DNA of 64,000 nt. Origin: the human T2T-CHM13v2.0 reference genome, Homo sapiens. Each line of letters begins with the position of its first letter. Position 1 is the first letter of the stretch. A model generated the notes under the pieces. That model was given only the letters and a program-made list of their open reading frames with translations, did not search any database and was not told the DNA's origin. This document shows positions 58,901-64,000 of this stretch, piece by piece. The stretch lies in NCBI RefSeq assembly GCF_009914755.1, contig NC_060928.1; one strand, given 5' to 3'. A program made the position numbers and the translations under genes.

Positions 58901-60640
58901 AATTTTACTAGTTGATTAGAACCTAAATAAATAGGATTCTAAACTTGTAGAATCCTATCTGGTAGAGAAGATAATCCAAAATGTTATGGTTTACTGCCTT
59001 GAATGGCAGTTTTGTATCTAATCATCCTGTTCTAACACTTCTCCATTAAATTGTTTATGAATACCCAGCTCCTCAAATGCTCCTGAAATGAGCTGTCTCA
59101 TGTTTCAGGATACCTCATTAATTAATACATTGAATAAAACCTTGGACATGGGTTCATTTTGTTTGCATGACCATCATGTTTTTAACTTTTTGTAAATTAT
59201 ACATTAACACCCCTGGATATCAGTACTTTAAGACCATTGAATTTCAAGTTGACACTAATGATGCCTGGTGAGCATGCAACCCCAAACCACCAGACTTGGT
59301 TTTTATGGTTACATGGTACGGTTGCCTCATTAGTATTGGCAAGTAGTGTAAATTCTAGAGGAAAATAATTACATTCAATAGGAAAAACACATAACCACAG
59401 TCTTAGAAATAACTTGAAAAATCATTTAATTGACCTCCTGCATTAACATAACAAAGAAATGAGGCTCAGTGGGGCTAAGTGATAGCAAAGCCAAAATAAG
59501 AATTTAGGATGTTAGTGTTCTTTCTTCCTCCACACACTCGCCTACCTCAAATGCCACATTTCTTCCCAGTCCATTGCCAAGGTCACATTTTCTGCTTTGA
59601 TCTTATGTCATAAACCATTATTTTCAGGAAAGACCCTGGAGAACAAAGCTCATCTTCAAATATGAGAAAAGGAAGAATTGACAGTAGATTCTTCTATAAT
59701 GGAAATGCTTCCAGATGTTCAAACATCAGGAATCTGGGTGACCCAGAATGAGAAGTGTTGTGTAAAAGATGCTAATCAAGCAGCAATTTTCAGGTTTTAG
59801 TTTTTGTTATTATGATTTACTGTAACTATGCTCCTGGTGATTTTGTGAAGAAACAAGTGACTCATAAATTACTCTGTGTATGTGTGTTTTAGATGACTGA
59901 GTTCAGGTGTCTTAATTACTTGAGTAATTGGAAATATTAACAGTTGTGGCTTAAGATTGTAGTAGAAGAGAGAGGGTTTGCTGAGAGAATTTTGAAAGTA
60001 ACATTTTCCTCGGACAAGAAGGAACATTTCTAAAGTTTTACCCAAGGCTATGTAATTTAAAAATTTAAATAGATATCGAAGAATTGTATTTGCATGTCTG
60101 AAATGAAAGCCCAGAGAATAGGGTGGGGAATGTTTCTTATAAACCCGGGCTCTGTTGTTGCCCTCAATCTGCATTCTTGGCTAGCTCCCTGTTTATTTCC
60201 TCCCTGCTTTTGTGATGTGCCAGCTCACTATACTGATGCCACAAACTAGATCCAAACCTCTTGTGGCTGTGCCCAGGAGGACCGTGCAGGCAGAGGAGCC
60301 AGTTTGGAGCAGAGATAGAGTGCAGCTGCAGGTGCTGGTGCTAGCCCCAGTGAGAGGTTAGGAGTGAACAGAGTTGTGTAGAAACCACATCCTCCTACAG
60401 GCATCCTGCTGACATAGGTTTGGCCTTCTTCTTGGGACTGCTCTGCATGGGTGAAACAATCTCATTCACAAAACAGAGTGACAGATTAAAACAGAATATA
60501 GAGCTTTTGAAAACACAGTGTTTTAACAGAAGATATTCTGATACATGCATATCTTGGCCTTTTTGCCTGGCGTGTTTACTCATATTTAGTATCCTTTGAA
60601 TTATAAACTTCATGAAGGCAGAGACAGGTTTAGCCTGCTA

Positions 60641-60699
60641 ATCATTGTATTTTTCAGAGCCTCACAGAGCCTCATCATTGTATTTTTCAGAGCCTCACA
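60641..60699. repeat. 26-bp direct duplication
   Basis: atcattgtatttttcagagcctcaca at 60641-60666 and 60674-60699. Confidence 0.93.
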
Positions 60700-63122
60700 T
60701 ACTTATTAAGTATTTGACAAGAGAGTAAATTGACAAGAATAACTAGATCTGAATTGGAAGAGGAGAAGCTCCCATTAAAAAGTCCTGTGCAAGTTGGTCC
60801 CCTGTCTTCTTCAGATGCACTCTATCTAAGTTATCCATATTATGTCTTTCCTTCTCAGCCTCAGTAAATCCTATTCTGGGAAAAGGGGCTGACAAAGGCT
60901 TAACAGTTGAGTTGCGTAACAGGGGACACACCTGTCTGCTATAAGCCATAGAATGTCAATGTCAGTGAGCAGGGATCTGGAGGTATACTGGAGTTCAGAA
61001 GTCCTTTCCAAGTTCCCTGGAATTAAAGCCATAGTCAGGCCAATACTCGAAATAAATATGAATAAGGGTAGAACCTTAACCGAAGTGTTGAGCTCAATAC
61101 TCCCCGAACAAACTCTCAGAGAGTTTCTTCATAAAAGCTCAAAGAAAAATGATGTCACATTAGATTTCATGGGTAAGGTAAGCCTGGAAGACCAAGTTAT
61201 GCTAAGATGGGATCTTCTACCCAGGGAGCCAGGACCCTAGTAGAGAAAAAGGACAAAACCAAGAAGAGGGTCAAACACTGTTACTCTCACTACCATTTAT
61301 TCCAAAGTTGAAAATTACACAAAATTTACCCTCTGACAGGGACACAGGAAGAACATAGCTTAATAGCATTTTGGGTCAACAGAGGGGAGCTTCCTTGTTT
61401 TTGTTGTTTTTGTTTTTGTTGTTGTTGTTGTTATTTTAGTATGGCATGCTATCATTAAGGTTATTTTTATTTATTTGAAATTCTATTTTCATGAAGAAGC
61501 AGAGACTATAAGGAATGCACAATCAAAGATTTAGAGAATAGGAAACATTGGCTCCTAATCAACTTTATGAACAAGGCTGAGCCCCTATATTTAGGTGAAG
61601 AAAAACTTGGCACTTGATCTAACATTTGTATCACCTGTTAATGCTTTTGCACCATTGTTCTACAGTGGAAATACACTCAGGTGGGTTTATTGATAAACAC
61701 CTGGAAGAGAACAAAGTTAACCTAGCTACACATGCACAGAAAAATTATGTATTTTATTGTTAGTTTTCTTGGAAATAGGCATTTCAACAAGAACATTTAA
61801 ATGATGTATTTTACAGTTGTGTCTATGTTGCAAAATGAAGTAGAGTATATAAGTTATGTCTGATACATTCACCTCATGTAACCACATCCTGTGTCAACTA
61901 TAGTTGTCCTTTAACTTATCAAAATGTTTCTCTCAAATCGCTACCTGAATTTTAGACAGGTACAGTTCCAAGTTGTGACATTCTCTAGGAATATGAGAAG
62001 ACTAAATTTTGAGTCATGTCTAATAATTTTCCCTAGTATCTCATTGTTATTTATTAACTATGTATTTAAGTAAAGATTATTATCATATGACAAAACACTA
62101 CTATCTTAAAATTATTCTCTCAACTCAAACCAATATTGTTAAGGCTGAGTTTCATTGGGACAAATATTTGAAAGGACCTTTTTCTTTAAGACACAGCCAT
62201 TGATAAAAATAATTTTATTCAAATCTTTGGAAATTATGACAAAGGTGGTGATAAGGACATAATTTTTATGAGTATATCTGGCATATTAAGTTATTTAGAT
62301 ACCATATATTTAAGAGCTGTCTAAAAATTTTATAATAGAAATGCATTACCTTTTTGTTTAATCATTAAATAACATTTATTTGAAACAACAGTTTAAATGT
62401 GAATTTTTTTCACATCTATATTGGAATTTCCTTTCAAGACATGATTACAAGTCTTGATTCTACCTCACCAGAGTCTTTTAAGTTCGTGTGCATACAAAAA
62501 AGAGATGCCGAGCCAAGTCTGACCGCTGAAGCAGTTTGCCAATCTCAATCGACGCCTGAACTGTCTGTGGGTGTTAAGGAATGTTAAGAAATAATGGAAT
62601 AAATTATTGAAGACATTCTTTCTGCTTGAAATATTTGGAAGACGTCATAACAGCTTACAAAATGTCATAGGACAGCGTTAACGTCCCTTCTCATCTCTGA
62701 TGGCACGTTCCCAGTCCCTTCGTGTAGCTGATAAAGCGCAAGCCACTTTTTGTCAGATCCTTTGCATGAGTTTTGTTTGAGATGCTACAAAATATGCTGA
62801 AACAAATCATGATCAGTTGTTATTATGTGTAGGGTAATTCTACCTATTTGACGAGAACTGCTCCTGAAAAGCTTCTATCGAGCTTTAAAACAGTTCATCT
62901 GCCGTTGGAAAAATTGCATTGATTTAATGATGCCTCTAGAGGGCACTCTGCACTCAGTTCAGGTCGAAAATAGTTTCTGAGATTGCTTGCTCTTTTCCCC
63001 AAGGTTTTCACTTTGAATTTTGAGTTCCGGAGAAGGGGTATGGGTGTAGAGAATTTGTAGTGTACATGTGAGTAATAATTATAACTCATTTCCTTTGTCT
63101 CATTTATGTTAAAACTTTTTTT

Positions 63123-63229
63123 AAAAATATGTAATGCTTCACAAATTTGCATTGCATCCTTTCATGTAGGCCGTGCTAATTGCCTCTGTATTCTTCCAAT
63201 TTTAGTATATGTGCTGCTGAAGTGAGCAC
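63123..63229 (-). pseudogene. U6 snRNA retropseudogene, full length (107 nt)
   Basis: Minus strand reads GTGCTCACTTCAGCAGCACATATACTAAAATTGGAAGAATACAGAGGC...GTGAAGCATTACATATTTTT followed by a short A run; CpG decay and many substitutions. Confidence 0.95.
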
Positions 63230-63619
63230 AATTATTTATTCCTTAATGAAGCTGGTTTTTAAGTTGCAATCATTGTTGGACATTTATATAATAGACTTAC
63301 ATCCAATAACTTTCCTCGTATATGCTCTGTAGAAGCTTTTCAGAAACAGTTCTCATTTTATATATATGTAGAACTACCCTATACATAATAACAACAGATC
63401 ATGATTTGATTCAGAATGTTTCGTATCATCTCTAACAAAACTAATGCAAGGGGTCTGACAAAAAGTGGCTTCTGCTTTATCAGCTATACAAAAAGATTGG
63501 GACACGCTATCAGAGATGAGAAGAGACATTATGTTGTCATATGTAAGCTCATTTTTATAAAAAATTGCAATAATTCATATTCATTCTCTTCTTCTGTGAT
63601 CTTCATATGGATGTGAAAT

Positions 63620-64000
63620 TGATGAGCCTGGAATTTCTTTTCGTGCCAGAAATTAGGCAGGATTCAAAAAATTGATCCAATATGGCATACTTTCAATATC
63701 AAAATATGTAATAATAAGAATACATTAGAATTCATCAAATAAAGTAGGAATTACTAACCTATACTGATGCAAATGTTAAAATAAACATAAGTGGGGGTAA
63801 GAAAAGGCTTTTCTTTACATTAGAATGCCTACTGATAAGTGTAGAGAACATTATCCCATTAGAAAATCATTATTTGACAGCCGTCATAGTAATAATCTCA
63901 GTAAGAAGTATCAATAGATGCTAAGACTGGTGGCTGAAAATTTGATAAGAAATGGGATCTTTACATAATTTCATACTCCTACCACCAAGTATGTAATGAA
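63620..64000 (+). mobile_element. Old L1M 3' UTR-like fragment (runs off window)
   Basis: A-rich sequence resembling L1MC/MD 3' ends; recognition only. Confidence 0.45.

Noticed and set aside
60953-61240. 95-aa ATG-initiated plus-strand ORF
   Set aside because: No recognisable homology or exon context; the length is within chance expectation for 64 kb, though I could not run a search
63123-63229. Functional U6 snRNA gene
   Set aside because: Mutated ACAGAGA box and internal stem-loop, CpG decay, A tail, and no recognisable PSE upstream

Overview
Primate (human-type) genomic DNA, AT-rich and dense in Alu, MIR, L2 and MER repeats. It carries TNIP3 (ABIN-3, A20-binding inhibitor of NF-kB 3) on the minus strand. 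I assembled 11 GT-AG coding exons from ATG 34448 to TAG 2954. They total 978 nt (325 aa plus stop) and include the UBAN/AHD2 motif DFKKER. A further upstream exon (53002-53122) splices in frame to an internal acceptor at 34469, giving an N-terminally extended isoform whose first exon(s) probably lie beyond the window. Also present are a kB-site promoter, an intragenic CpG-rich STAT/C/EBP/ETS/NF-kB motif cluster, a 3'UTR with a sense Alu and (UG)19, a full-length U6 retropseudogene, 17 Alu elements or fragments, several DNA transposons and microsatellites. I found no unknown gene system. The best leads are a splice-junction PPxY motif that two alternative splice routes would destroy, the intragenic enhancer or promoter candidate, and all-phase-0 exons flanked by Alus of alternating orientation. 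Gene and repeat names come from recognition, not database searches, and old-repeat boundaries are approximate.
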